DNA from: Callorhinchus milii
Taxonomy: Eukaryota
Assembly (NCBI RefSeq): GCF_018977255.1
Contig: NW_024704743.1
Location: 44,208,001-44,272,000, forward strand
Direction of reading: 5' to 3'
Length of the DNA stretch: 64,000 bases
The translations under genes and the position numbers were made by a program. The notes beneath the pieces were generated by a model. It had not been told where the DNA came from, did no database searches, and worked only from the letters and a program-made list of their open reading frames with translations. Within the stretch, counting starts at the first letter, position 1. Each line of letters starts with the position of its first letter. Shown one piece after another: positions 1 through 12,727 of the stretch.

Positions 1-606
1 GTGTGCTAAAAGCAAGTGTCAGACTGATTTAAAAGAACAATTTCAATTGTCAGTGTGTCACTATGATTTTGGTAAAGTGTGATGATCGGCTTTTGATATT
101 TTTGTATCACTGCACTGCAGGCTTTATTTTTCACTATCATTACTGGAACACATAATGACAGTAATACAAAAAAATTCAACTACACCTTCTTGAACTATGA
201 AGATTCAAAGCAGTTACAATTATATACTGTGAACTTTCAAAATTGTCTGCAGCGAGAATTTTGAGCTAGAGTGATGGGTTGGATCACCACCTTTTGACTA
301 AATGTAATGCAATTTTCTATTGTGTATCTGGGTTAACCTTTATTGTACGTATTGTACAATATATCCAGAGACAATTTATTTATCCAAAATGAGCACCTGA
401 AACAATGAAATCAAATGGGTTGAATGAGCTTCTTCATTCTAATCTCTTTTATGATCTTGGAAGACAAGTGTCTTTCAATCCCAAAATCTGGGTACTCAAT
501 TGTTTGGCTTTGCCTCACTTCTACAACACTGCCCCCCCCTCTCCCACTTCCTCTTTCCCTCGGATGCCAAGACCCTAATCCATGCCTTTATCATGTCCAA
601 GCTTGA

Positions 607-1355
607 TAGTGAAATTTGCCCCTGGGATAAATCCTGCATAATTCGTCACTCACTCAATATCCTGGCTATTTCCCATTAGAAATATTAATTATGATCCTCT
701 GATAACTATTTACCCTGGATATCTGATAACTCATCAGGTTTTTGCACATTTAAGATAATGTTTTCATGTAAAATACCCCTGGTAGCTATCAATGGACAAA
801 GTAAATCTGCAGTTACAACAAAGAATAAAGAGCACAGATCTACACAATGATTGGATAGCAAACAAAGATTGTTTTGTGGCTGGTCACTTTTGCTATGCAT
901 TGCTTGCAGTTATCCGTGCAGTTAATGTATGCCGATTACTGTACCAGTATCCTTTATCCATTTCTGTTATTCAATTTCTTTCATTTGTGATAAGCTAAGT
1001 GTCTTAAGGACTTATGTGAGCATTTTGAATTTTAAAAAAACTTTAAATTTAGAAACGTCTTGCCCATGGCAATTTGAGTACCTACACAAGCAATATCTAA
1101 TTTTATATTTATATTAAATATCTTATGCCACAGTATCAAATCAGTGTCTTCACTGTCTAATACAGTATATATGCATATTGCTTAATAAAATATTTATGTA
1201 TCAGTGGCTGTGCTAATTATTAAATAAAGCACTGCTGTAGAGTGGCTCATACACAGTATAACTAATAGCAGTGATACTTTGGATATCTCATCAACTCTGA
1301 TACGTCATCCTTTGAGCTATTTACCTTGGGGTGATGAGTTATGAGAGTTTCACTG
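607..1355. mobile_element. Degenerate Tc1/mariner (pogo/Tigger-like) non-autonomous DNA transposon
   Basis: Right end ...GATGAGTTATGAGAGTTTCACTG-TA, eroded left end TAGTGAAA, and subterminal GATAACTC(G/A)TCA-like repeats near both ends. Confidence 0.55.
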
Positions 1356-1389
1356 TATTTCAACCTCCGGTTTGCCAGATATCACTACT

Positions 1390-1651
1390 TCATAGTCACC
1401 TCCTGATCTGCCCCACTTTTGGCGTGCAAGATTTCAGACATTCTTCGCCTGCTCTTTGAAACTACCTCCCTCCACTTTGCCTCTCCCTCCCCACTTTTAA
1501 AGTTCACTTTAAGACTTACCTCTTTATCCACACTTTCAATTATCTTTCTCCTCCCCAAACCCCCTCTAGCTCAAGTGCCCATTTAGCTGTGTGAAGTGAT
1601 TTGAGACATCTTCCAAATGTGAAAGGTGCTATATAAATATAAACTATTGTT
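1390..1651 (+). mobile_element. L2 LINE 3' end
   Basis: Degenerate ORF2 C-terminus (...FKVHFKTYLF) followed by the tail GTGAAGTGATTTGAGAC...GTGAAAGGTGCTATATAAAT. Confidence 0.75.
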
Positions 1652-1729
1652 TCGAAATATCTACCACGACCTAGCACAGGGATTTCTAAGATCTTGATTC
1701 TACGCATAAATTTAAATATAATAATATCG

Positions 1730-2143
1730 ATCTTTGCATTTGATATAGAAACCTTTCACTTTGGAAGGACACCTCAGAGCACTTCACAGGATATAGTGTA
1801 GTTTAGTAATGGTGTATTTGTAGGCAAACCTAGCAGCCAATTTGTGCACAGGAATTTCCCACAAGCAGCCATGAAGTGGATCACCAATTTATCTGGGGGA
1901 TGGTGGGCAAGGACCCTGGTATAAAATCTCCTGTCTTCTCAAATGGTGGCCCAGATCTTTAACATCTAACTGAGACTTAGTTTAACATCTCATTCAAAGG
2001 ACAGCACCTCCAACAGTGCAGCGTACACCTGAGCACTTTATTAAAGAGTCAGCCTAGATTGAGAGTTCAAAATTCTGACTTTGGTCTTGAGCACACATTC
2101 CTTTGACTCAGAGACAAGAGTGCTACCATCTGAGCCAGGCTGA
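1730..2143 (-). mobile_element. tRNA-headed Deu-type SINE
   Basis: Minus strand: head TGGCTCAGATGGTAGCACTCTTGTCTCTGAGTC, central GCACTGTTGGAGGTGCTGTCCTTTGAATGAGATGTTAAAC (Deu-domain-like), L2-type tail. Confidence 0.75.
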
Positions 2144-2834
2144 AACCAGTTTAAACATAGATGAAGGGTAACCAGAATACTTGGAATACACAACAGAATA
2201 ATCAACAAAGCAAGGGCTGGCACAAATCCAATGCACTCACCCAGTTAAAATCACAAGCATTTGTAACAGAAAATAAGTTTATAGACACACTAACAACGTA
2301 CCCAATTTACATGACTAGGACTAAATTAAAGACACTTCTTTCTTCATGTGAGTCCCAAAATTCTGAACCTGGCAATTCTACAGTAAAAGCTGCAACAAAT
2401 ATTCAGTTGGCTGGTATATTACACATAAACTAAGTGATGATGAAATTCTTCCCAAACAAATCATGAAGATTAATGGACACAAAATGCTGCATTAGCATAA
2501 ATTCATACTGGAAAATCTGTCATGCTAAAGAGAATGGATGTAATTTCTGGATTATCTTTACCTAGCACTTTAAACATTAAATACTACATAAAATTACAAA
2601 CAGGCAACAGAGCCGTGAGAAAAGATTTCTCTTCTGAAAGAGAAGCCTGAGAGGGGACTTGATTTAAAATTGTGAAGGGTTTGGATAGAAAGGTGATTCA
2701 TCAGTAGGATGTGGAAGGGCAGAACAGTTAGTTTCAGCTTGTTGGACTCCAGCAGTACACCAAAGCATACTCTGTGGTCCCCAAGCCTTGGCTCTTGCCA
2801 ACCTGTGCCTAATACTTTCTGGAATTAGGTAAGC

Positions 2835-3290
2835 AACAACAAATTATATTTGTATAGCGCCTTTTACATCAGTAGACATCCCAAGCCAATGGACAGTCAG
2901 GGATCCGCATCCTAGCTGGTAGGGTTAGGAGGGTGACCAAAGCCAAGGTCGAAAAGGATGGTCTTGAGATGGGTCCTGAAGGAGACAAGGGAGGGGGTGA
3001 GGCAGAGGGACTGTGGGATGGAGTTCCATAGGGTGGGGGCAGAGAGGCTGTAGGCCCACCCGCCAATGGTGGGGCGAGCAAGGCAGGGAAAGTGAAGCAG
3101 GCTGAAGCTCGCTGAGCAGAAGGAGCAGACAGGTTGGTAGTGGGTTAGGAGTTCACAGAAGTAAGGAGGATCAAGGCCATGGAGGGCTTTGAAGGTGAGG
3201 ACCAGGATCTTGAACTGTTTCGTCTGAGTGATGGGCAATCAGTGGAGTCGGGCGAGGATGAGTGTGATAGGAGTTGTGGAGCCTGGATGT
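2835..3290 (-). mobile_element. L2 LINE 3' fragment
   Basis: ORF 2912-3238 is an L2 ORF2 C-terminus (FKILVLTFKALHGLDPPY...SAPTLWNSIP...FRTHLKTILF), followed by a GGCGCTATAC tail and (GTT)n. Confidence 0.9.
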
Positions 3291-4317
3291 GTCCATCCAG
3301 GGAGAGAGTGTGCATTCCAACAATCTATCTTTGGGATTTTCAAGTGTAGGTGGGATGCATGGAATTCTCAGCTTGGTTTGGTTACTCTTAAAATGGTGAT
3401 GGGTCTCCGCATGAGTCAGACACTTGGCTGACCCCCAAAACTTCAATTGTTACAGCCCTTGTCAGATTCTCATGATTTTGTAATGGTGCCCAATAAAACT
3501 GAATAAAAATTACATGGTACTCAACTGGAAGGTGTGACAGGGATTTTGAAACATTTTATGAGTTGCTTTATTTTGCTGATTTTTTTTGGTGTATTGCAGA
3601 AGTTGCGGTCCTAATTTAGATATACTATACCTCTGTCATAAAATTACCTTGTACCAGTGTTGTTGTACATGATTCTTGCTGAAATGCAAGGAGTTTATTG
3701 TTGCTCTTGCCAGGTACTGTTACTTATCATTGCCTTCACTGTAGTTTGTATCACTATGGTTCTTTTGTAGAAGTGTCAAGGGTGAGGAGTCATCCCATTC
3801 ACAGCTGCTGCAAAGTGTTAAATTGTATACTGTAAAGTTTTTTTTAAAAAAGCGGTGTAAATGTGATCATTTGCGACAGGCAATGTCATTGTCGGTGCAG
3901 TATAGCAGTGTTAAAATGAACTATGCTCTCCCTTGGAAAAACTATTTATTATTTTCAGTTATATCTAATAAATTAGAGAAATCAAATGATCAGAGAACAC
4001 CAAAGTATTCTATTAGTGAGGTCTTGTACCTGTGGTTTCCATTTTTCCATTCTTCTGCTCAATTCTTGGATGATATAATTACAAAAGCACAAGAAAATAT
4101 TGAAAACATTTCTTCCTTTTATTTTGTTTGATGTTACACTGAAACGAATATTGAATTGTGTGACTTTACCAAAGATTGTCTGTCACTTGCATTTTTTAAA
4201 ATCTGTTTTGACTTAAATCCTGTTGTGATCCACAGAACAGATTTTGGGGTGGGGGGAACAAAAATGTTAGTTTATACGATAGTGCTTTCTGTTTTTTTCC
4301 TTCATCACATATTTGTA

Positions 4318-4760
4318 ATAAAAATCCCTGCATTTGATATACCACCTTTAATATTGGCAACCTCTCAAATTACTTCAAACAATTTCTGTGAACTGTAGTG
4401 ACCGTATATTTGTAGGAGAATATGGGCAGACAATTTCCACGTGGCAATATCCCACAAGCAGTCATGAAGTGAATGACCAGTTTATCTGGAAGATTATTAG
4501 GCAGAACACCAAGAGAAACTCTCTTCTCTTTTGGATTAACATTATGGGATCTTTAATGGCTACCTGAATAAATAGACTGGTCCTTGGTTTAACATATCAT
4601 TCTAAGGATGGGAAGTAACTGAGCTGCATTACTCATGTGTAAAATTGTAATGTGGGCCACAAGTTGGCTATCCATGGCCTAAACTATGAACTCAAAAGTC
4701 ACATTGTGGGACTTGATCCCACAGCTTTCTGGACTGGAGGCAAGAGTGCACACCTGCTGT
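4318..4760 (-). mobile_element. Deu-type SINE, degenerate
   Basis: Reverse complement of the SINE tail (TGCATTTGATATACCACC), the CCCACAAGCAGTCATGAAGTGAATGACC block and the head (CCCACAGCTTTCTGGACTGGAGGCAAGAGTGC). Confidence 0.7.
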
Positions 4761-5794
4761 ATTTATAGCACTTTGCCACAGTATCTATAAATCATCAGTG
4801 TGTTTTCTACAATTTTGTCATTTTAAAAGTCACTTTCATTAATATTGAAGATAGGTGCAGAACAATCATTGGAACTGCTGGACTTAAGTCAAATAAATCA
4901 TTGGGGAAAACTGTAGTGTTGAATCCCTAATGATTCATTGTGAAATAATTGCCATCACTGAACTTTATATGCTAGGATGAAGCATTTGACTCCTGCCTTA
5001 AGGCTGATGTTGAGTCTGACCATATCATATCTGACATTATCTGATTGATTAACTCAAATCCAGCCACCGCCTGTCCCTTGCATTACAAGGTTGCTGATAT
5101 AATTCAAAGTACAGTATTTTTAAAGTTAAGTTTATTTCCTACCATAATGATTAGGTAATCTAACATTTTAATGCATTTTAATTGCATCATCAATTCTTCA
5201 TTTTCTGATGATCTTAAAATTCTGGTGTCCACCAATACCTAACACCACCTACTTAATCCCAGTCCTCATGTGAAGGGGGATTTGGCAAATAGACATGCCT
5301 GTCATAAAACTGCCTCTACCTCCAGGATACTCCACAACAGCTCTGTGTAGGCTGGTTCCCTCACTCCCTCGCTCACTGCAGCCACGAGCATAAATACATT
5401 GGGACTTTGCTATCACTGAAAAGAGGTAGGAATGACCAGAGTGCCCATTCTTCCCCTTGTTGGTGTGATCCAGAAGGACAGTGTCCAAGCAAAAGTTAGT
5501 GTCCACCACATTTCCAGCTATTGATAAAAACCAGCAATTGAAGCAACAATTATTTACATTTATATTGCGCCTTTCACATTTTCCCATCTTCCAATCATTA
5601 CCTACAGTACCTGTAATGTCTCAAAGAGCTTCACAGAGAAGCACAGTGACTGTACATTTGTAGGCCAACAAGGCACTTTCTGGAATCAGTTAAGCAGGGT
5701 GCATGCCTCCAGGGAGTGTGTGTACATTACATTCTAAGTAAGATATCTTGGAATGTCTCAAAACACTTCACACAACAGGCCGAGCTGGATTGAC

Positions 5795-6450
5795 AAGATA
5801 ATAATCCTTGCATTCTGTATAGCACCTTTCATGCCAGGAGGACATTGCAAAGAATTTCACGGGATTTACTGTGCAGTGATTGTTTATGTTATAAGTGAAT
5901 GATGGGTCTTAAGGTGGGTCTTTGATGGCGGAGTGTGAGGGGACAAGGTGGAGGGACTCCAGAATGGAATTCCAGAGAGCAAGGGCAATATGGCTGAAGG
6001 TTCACCTAGTAATGGAGGGCTAGAGTGGGGACTTGAAGCAAGCCATTGTTTGCTGAGCAGAAGGAGCATCCAGGGCTGGAGGGTTGCATGCAGTTGCAGA
6101 GATGGGTTGAGGCAATGAAGGCATTTGAACACGAGGAAAGAATCTTGAAATTGATCTGCTGGGGGATGGAGAGCCAGTGGAACCAAGAGAGGATAGGGGT
6201 GAAGGGAACATGGAGCCTGAAATGGGAGAGCACACAGGATACAGAATTTTGGATGGTCTGCAGCTTGCATAGGGAGAAGCTGGGGAGAAGAATGTTGGAA
6301 TAATTGAGCCTGGAGATGAACAACTTGTGGATGTGGCCCTCAGCAGATTGGAGAGAGAGGTAGTGGTGGAGCCAGGCGATATTGCAGAGGTGAGGGAAAG
6401 CAACTGATAGCCCAGATGTAGGGCTTTAAAGATAGGTGGAGGTTGAACAA
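5795..6450 (-). mobile_element. L2 LINE 3' fragment, frameshifted
   Basis: ORF 6006-6323 reads FISRLNYSNILL...KLQTIQNS...FHWLSIPQQINFKIL (L2 ORF2 C-terminal region). Confidence 0.85.
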
Positions 6451-8278
6451 AAAACTGAGATTTCACATTGGAAGCGAGAGATGTAATGAACATCTGTGCA
6501 GGCTGATGTGGTCAGAGCCCCAGGTACAGTTGCCCGTCTTCCAATCAATACCTTCAAGGTTTCCCCTCAAGCCTTGCAGAGCCACAATATCTCACTTGGA
6601 ATTGAATCTTCACACACTTCCTGGAGGGATGCACCCTGCTTACCTAATTCCAGAAAGTACAGTAAATGAAAATCGCCTGCCGGGTTGGCCTATAATTGGA
6701 CAGTGACTACATTTGTTGGCAATTCTCTGTGAAGCATTTTGAGACATGATTGACCCTATACCAAATATACCAAATGCAAAGATTATTATTGTAATATTAA
6801 TTTGATACTATGAACATTACAGAAGAACGTTTTGCTCAGGAACTGGATTACGTCACAGAGGGTTGACTTGATTTTGACATTCCATTACCAAGATTGTCAT
6901 CTTGGAGAAGATTTTGCCCCAGGGAGACCCTGCTTCCTTCATTCCTTCCCTCCTCCCAAAAGTTTCCTCTCCTTCAGTTGAGTTTACAAATGAAAATCAA
7001 TCTTAAATAAAAACAGGAATGATGGAAATTGACAGTAGGTTAATCATAAAAAAAGTACATAGCCAAAGGTTCATAACAACATATCAAGCTTTACTTGTAA
7101 TCGTGTTAGTCTGGGACTGGTCCCAGGTTATTCAGCTCCTTGGCTAATTTTCCACTTTCATTTAACAAAGTATAGCAACATGAAAAATGTGTTATGTATA
7201 GGCAGAAGACTGCTTTCATGTAGTGCTTTTCATATGAAAGAAAATCTTAAATGCACATCAATCACAAAGTGAAAAGAATTTAGGGGTGATCAAGCCACAG
7301 TTGAAAATACAGATGTTATGAGGTTTTTGAAAGAAGCGAGAGATGGCAAGACAAAGTGACTTTGGAAGAGAATTCCAGAGGACATGTTAGCAGTGATTTT
7401 ATGACCAGACACTAAAAGTATGCTGTCCAACATCTAACACAGATGCTGCCCATATGAAGGGTGTTATATAAATACAAGTTGTTGCTTTTATTGCAAAATA
7501 TTTGAGATCCAGGATTTTGTTATTAGCAAGGCACAGGTTCTAGATAGGCTCAAGATGCTGCAAACCAATAAATCCCCTGGAATTGTTGAACTGTACTCCA
7601 GGGTAATTAAAGATGCAAAAAAATTGTGAAACACTGATAAATATTTTGAGGAAGTTAATCAGCAAGCAGGATGTTCTGATATGCTGGAAACGAGCAAAAG
7701 TGGTTTTTGACCAGACAGTCAACACGGATTTGTTAAAGGCAGATCATGTCTGACAAACCTAATAGAATTTTTTGATGAAGTGACTCAGAGGGTAGATGAA
7801 GATAATGCAGTAGACATAGTTTATCTAGATTTTTAAAAGGCATTTGACAAAGTGCCACATAAGAGACTTATAAACAAAATAGCAGCCCACGGTATTAAAG
7901 GGACTATGACAACATGGATCCCGAACTGGAAAGGAGACAGAAAGCAGAGAGTGGTACCAAACGGTTGCTTTGCTGACTGAAGGGAGGTGTGTAGTAGTGT
8001 CCCTCAGGGGTCGGTACTGGGACCACTGCTCTTTCTGATCTATATTAATGATCTAGACCTGGATATAGGGAGCACAATTTCCAAATTTGCAGACAATGCT
8101 AAGCTAGGAAAAGTAGTTAATGGTGAGGAAGATAGCACCAGACTACAAGAGGACTTAGACAGATAGATAAAATGGGCAGAAACATGGCAAATGAGATTTA
8201 ATGTGGAGAAATGAAAAGCGTTGCATTTTGGTAGGACGAATGAGGAGAGGCCGTATAAGCTAGATGGTACAATCTTAA

Positions 8279-8759
8279 CAACAACAACAACAACAAGATT
8301 CCATTTATAAAGCGCCTTTCACGTCAGGAGGACGTCCCAAGGCACTGCACAGTTGGGTCATGACCCGAGCAGGGGGGAAATGGTCAGGGTGAGGGGAGGG
8401 AAGGGAGGGAGCGAGGAGGGGGAAATGGTCAGGGTGAGGGGAGGGAAGGGAGGGAGCGAGGAGGGGGAAGAGAGTCGAGAGGGGAGCTGAAGGCACGGTC
8501 AAAGAGAAAGGTTTTGAGACCGGCCTTGAAGGAGGAAAGGGAAGAAGCAAGGCGAAGGCACTGGGGGATGGAGTTCCAGAGCCTGGGGGCTGAGAGGCTG
8601 AAGGCCCGACCACCGATGGTTGGGGCGGGGGACGTGGAGCAGACCGGAGCCAGAGGAACGGAGGGTACGGGCAGGTAGGTAGGGGGATAGTAGGTTGGAG
8701 AGGTAGGAGGGAGCGAGGCCGTGAATGGCCTTGTAGGTGAGGATGAGGATCTTGAAATC
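8279..8759 (-). mobile_element. Young L2 3' end inserted into the CR1
   Basis: (AAC)n tail on the + strand; DFKILILTYKAIHGLAPSYLS...SAPRLWNSIP...FKAGLKTFLF; CpG-rich. The host CR1 frame (GTIL|KGANEQRDLG) rejoins across it. Confidence 0.92.
8373..8462. repeat. 45-bp perfect tandem duplication, G-rich
   Basis: GGGGGAAATGGTCAGGGTGAGGGGAGGGAAGGGAGGGAGCGAGGA x2 (8373-8417, 8418-8462). Confidence 0.95.
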
Positions 8760-9779
8760 AAGGGGCAAATGAACAGAGAGACCTGGGGGTCCACATAAGC
8801 AAATCTCTGAAGGTGGCAGGACAGGTAGATATAGCTATTAAAAAAGCATATGGGATACCAGGTTTTATATATAGGGGCATAGAATTCAAAAGTCAGGAGG
8901 TTATGTTGAATATTTATAAAATGCTGGTTAGGCCTCAGTTGGAGTACTGCGTTCAGTTCTGGGCGCCGCACTTTAGGAAAGATATTAGGGCATTAGAGAG
9001 GGTGCAAAGGAGGTTAACCAGGATGGTACCAGGAATGAAGGACCTTAGTTATGAGGCGAGGTTAGCGAAACTAGATTTATTGTCCCTAGAGCAGAGAAGA
9101 TTAAGAGGGGATTTAATAGAGGTTTTCAAGATCATGAGAGGATTTGATAGGTTGAACCAGGAAAAACTATTTCCACTGGCATGTGGGTCAGTAACCCGAG
9201 GACACTGATTTAAGATAGTTGTTAAAAGAAACAGAGGGGAGGTTAGGAAAAAATGTTTCACCCAGCAAGTTGTTCGGATCTGGAATGAATTACCTGAAAG
9301 GGTAATGGAAGCCGATTCAATGACAACTTTTAAGAGGGAAGTAGATGGGTATTTGGGGAGGACAGGATTGCAGGGGTATGGAGAGAAAGTGGGCCAGGGG
9401 GATTGAATTGGATTGCTCTTTTAGGAGTCGGTGCAGACGAGATGAGCTGAATGGCCTCTTTCTGTGCTCTATGATTCTATGATTCTATAAAATGATTCTG
9501 ACTTAATTGCTGCAAATCCATTGAGACATATTCAACATTTGGCTTGCCCAGAACAAACAGTTCTGGGCAATATGTTATATGAAAAATGTATTTGTGAATT
9601 GTGAAATATAAACCATTGAATAAACCCATATGTTCTCAATAGAAACTAGACTGAATTCTGAAAATCCATTAATAGTGAATATTTCAGTCTTTGTAATGCA
9701 ATTTGTCGAATGGAAGAAAAGCAGTACTTTAAAAGAACCAGACCAAAATATAGCCAAAGCCCAAAAAACATTGTCTTTG

Positions 9780-10740
9780 ACTAAAAGGTTAAGCTCTGGT
9801 GCATAAAATAATTTTATTATCCTTTTTTAAGATCAGGCATAAAGTGTCAGCCTTTGTTGGTTTTATAGTAGCATAAAAGTGTTTTATAACTGAATAAAAA
9901 TAGAGTAAATTTCAGTAAACTGTACTTCCAGCCGGTTAATGAATCTTACTGGACAAATAATTGTTTTAGAAATAGGACAAAATAATCGTAGAAAGGAACC
10001 TTTCAAACTGAAAAGATATTATGACTGGAATATCCCAAGGTTAATTATTTGGACCTGTACTGCTTGTAAAATATAATGCTTGTAAGGATAGGGAACCATA
10101 TGCAAAATGTAAATTTTCAGATGATGTTAAAAAAAAGGAAGGCAAAGCAAATAATGAGAAAGAATGCAAGCTGATTCAAAAGGATTTGTAATTTTTAGGT
10201 AACTGGGTCAACAGGTGACCGAAGGGCTCGATGTGAATAACTGTAAGATAATTACTGTGGGAGTAAGGAACGAAGGAAGGGAATTATGTAGTCAAATGGA
10301 GAAATGTATGAAACTGTCAGCCCAGAGCTTAGCTGCAGTGAGAAAAGTATTAAATTAGCAGAGATAGTAATGTACAGACCAAATCATTGGAAAGATACTA
10401 GCCTTGTGAAACTGCTGAGACACGCAACCAAGTTTATTCAGGCTATTGGGAATTTATGTTTTGAGGAAGTTGAGTTCATTTTATTCAGGTGACCTAATTA
10501 AATGTTTCACAATTATGAAGGGGATTGACAAAGTTGATGCCAACAAATTATTTACTGCAGCACTATAGCTAAAGATAAAAGCACTAGGAGAAAAAACATT
10601 CAGAAATAACTGAAGTCAAGCAAAATGCTTTTGTAAGAAAAGTAAGATTTGTAGATTCAAGAGATAAATAAAAAAGACGTCAGAAAAGAAGGGATTATAT
10701 GGTTGAAAAAGTATTTAGATGGTCAAAAATGGCTGTGATA
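9780..10740 (+). mobile_element. Old, highly degenerate CR1-like RT fragment
   Basis: Eroded GxPQGxxxGPVL (~10027-10062), KFSDD (~10110), GDLIKCFTIMKGIDKVD (~10488-10540). Confidence 0.65.
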
Positions 10741-10789
10741 TAAACTTTTTTTTAGGTAAACACCTCATTGTTCTGAGTTGTGAGACCTC

Positions 10790-11098
10790 AAATAATAATA
10801 ATAATAATAATAATAATAGCAATCTTGCATTTCATATAGCGCCTTATCACATCTTCAAGACCTGTATATTTTGTGGGCGAAACGCGGCAGCCAATTGCGT
10901 ACAGCAGTGTCCCACAAACAGTCGTGGATTGAGTGAAGGAATGATTGCCCCCGGAAAAGTAATCCACTAATCCTACTTACTGCTAGGTAAACAGAGGTGT
11001 GTGAAGTAAGGAAACTTGGCCAGTGTTTCGCCCTGACGGCAATCAAACCCAGGTCTCTCACTTGCGAGGCATGTGCTCTAGCCGCTGAGCTACAGGAT
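10790..11098 (-). mobile_element. tRNA-derived composite SINE with (ATT)n tail
   Basis: (AAT)n at ~10792-10817; reverse complement of the family seen at 12728, 15909, 22762 and 25957. Confidence 0.85.
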
Positions 11099-12727
11099 TC
11101 CACGCAGGAATCCATGGAAATCCAAGGATGGAAGCAGAAGTCTTGCGAATCAGGGTGTGCGACACATGCAGAAAGCCATCATTACATTTAACAGTATCAA
11201 AACCAGACTGAGAGTTCCACGATTGCATGGAAATTTCCCTTTGTCTGGTATAAAATGCACATTCCCCCCTCCACTCCAGAAGGGACTCATTTATCTTTAT
11301 CTGTTTTCGGAAAATAGTAGACACAGGCTGACAAGAAACAAGGTTTAGGGAACCAGAATGTGTGTTGGGGTACTGCTGGAGATGAATTAACTAAAAGAGC
11401 AGGTTTTGCCATTGTGAGTACTGTCTGGCAAGCTTCCCACTGCTTGTCCAGCGAGGACCACCCTACCTGTTAGGACTTTGACTTCCTGAGCTAAAAGGAA
11501 CCGAGTGGGAAGAATCCCTCCCCTCAGTTTGTCCTTCCATATCCTGCTGATGAACCAGGCTTACTTGTCTGTTTCAGCAGTGTCTTGCAGTAGAGTGGAT
11601 CTGCCTCTCCAGGAACGAGACAACCGAGATTGCCACATAGGTTTGATTCAATTCTGACACTCATGTCACCTTGGTGCCAGCTCTGCCCCGAATAGAACCC
11701 AATTACCTCCACCCTCCCCCCCCCCCACCCCCCCCCACACACACACAATGGGTTGACTCTGAGACGTCTGAAAGCGCTTCACAGAATATACTGTAAAGTG
11801 AATTGACTGTATATTTTGTGGGCAAAACGCGGCAGCCAATTGTGCACAGCAGTGTCTTACTGGAAGTCTTACTGAATTAATAGAATCTTGATGTAAAACA
11901 CATTTTGCCTATGTTGTGCTTTTGGTTCCTTTTTTAATATTTTAGTTATTCTATGCAATACCTACAATAAAGTACAGTGCACAGCATTAATTTTCAGGTT
12001 CATTAAAAATGTTCAAATTACTATTTCAGTTTTGCAGTATGGCTGATATCTTTGGAGTCTGCTGGGTTTAGAATTATATTAGGTCTAGGTACAGTATGTT
12101 CTGTAGCCTTATGTTATGTGTTAAAAGGTATTCATGTGAGGCTCATAAGAACAATATTAAAATAAGGCTAATTACTCAGTAATGTACTCTATCTTTTCTC
12201 ATATCAAGCACTGAGATATTTCAGATATTTTAAATATTCCATTGTCAAGTAAGTGTTCTTTCAAATACTGATCTTATGTATTGCTCTGTGGATAGAAATT
12301 AGATCAACCTAAGCCATTAAATTGCTCCAGCTTTTTCATGTAGATTTCAGTAATTGGATACCATTTTTCTAAGTCATTGTGGAATAATTTAGACAAAAAG
12401 TGAGGTAGTGAATCTAGGCCAGAACCAGAAATGTATTTTAATTATCATGATATTGGAAAAAATCCTGTGTACACTTTTTTAAATGTTATGGTTAATCTTG
12501 CAGCTGTGTTTAATAAGTCCCATTGTAGGTACTAGTAATGTAACAAAATTAGCATTTCCTTATTTTTAGTATAGTACCTTCTTATGTTGTTGGAACGGTT
12601 CAAACCACTTCAAAAGTGTAATCACTGTTTCCCACATCAGTGACCCACGGAAAGCCATGAAGTAAATGAACAATTTTATCTGGAAGATTGTTGGCCAAGA
12701 CATCAAGAGAAACACCTTTTTTTCTGT

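Larger units (their letters stand above)
7717..9488 (+). mobile_element. CR1 LINE, 5'-truncated RT plus 3' end, interrupted by an L2
   Basis: SQHGFVKGRSCLTNLIEFFDEVT...YLDF*KAFDKVPH...VPQGSVLGPLLFLIYINDL...KFADN; ORF 8813-9208 (LVRPQLEYCVQFWAPH...RRLRGDLIEVFKI); terminal (ATTCTATG)n repeat typical of CR1. Confidence 0.95.

Noticed and set aside
121..264. Acceptor-like CTGCAG followed by a 47-codon open frame
   Set aside because: Peptide not recognised and no supporting exons within the window.
2161..2433. 90-aa plus-strand ORF
   Set aside because: No domain, splice or homology support; length is compatible with chance.
4030..4064. Possible 35-nt minus-strand exon (ccaag|AATTGAGC...CCACAG|gtacaa)
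   Set aside because: Weak splice sites, no recognisable peptide and no partner exon.
8813..9208. 131-aa ORF (and its copy at 33566-33961) as a host gene
   Set aside because: It is the C-terminus of CR1 ORF2; the upstream RT has stops and an L2 insertion.
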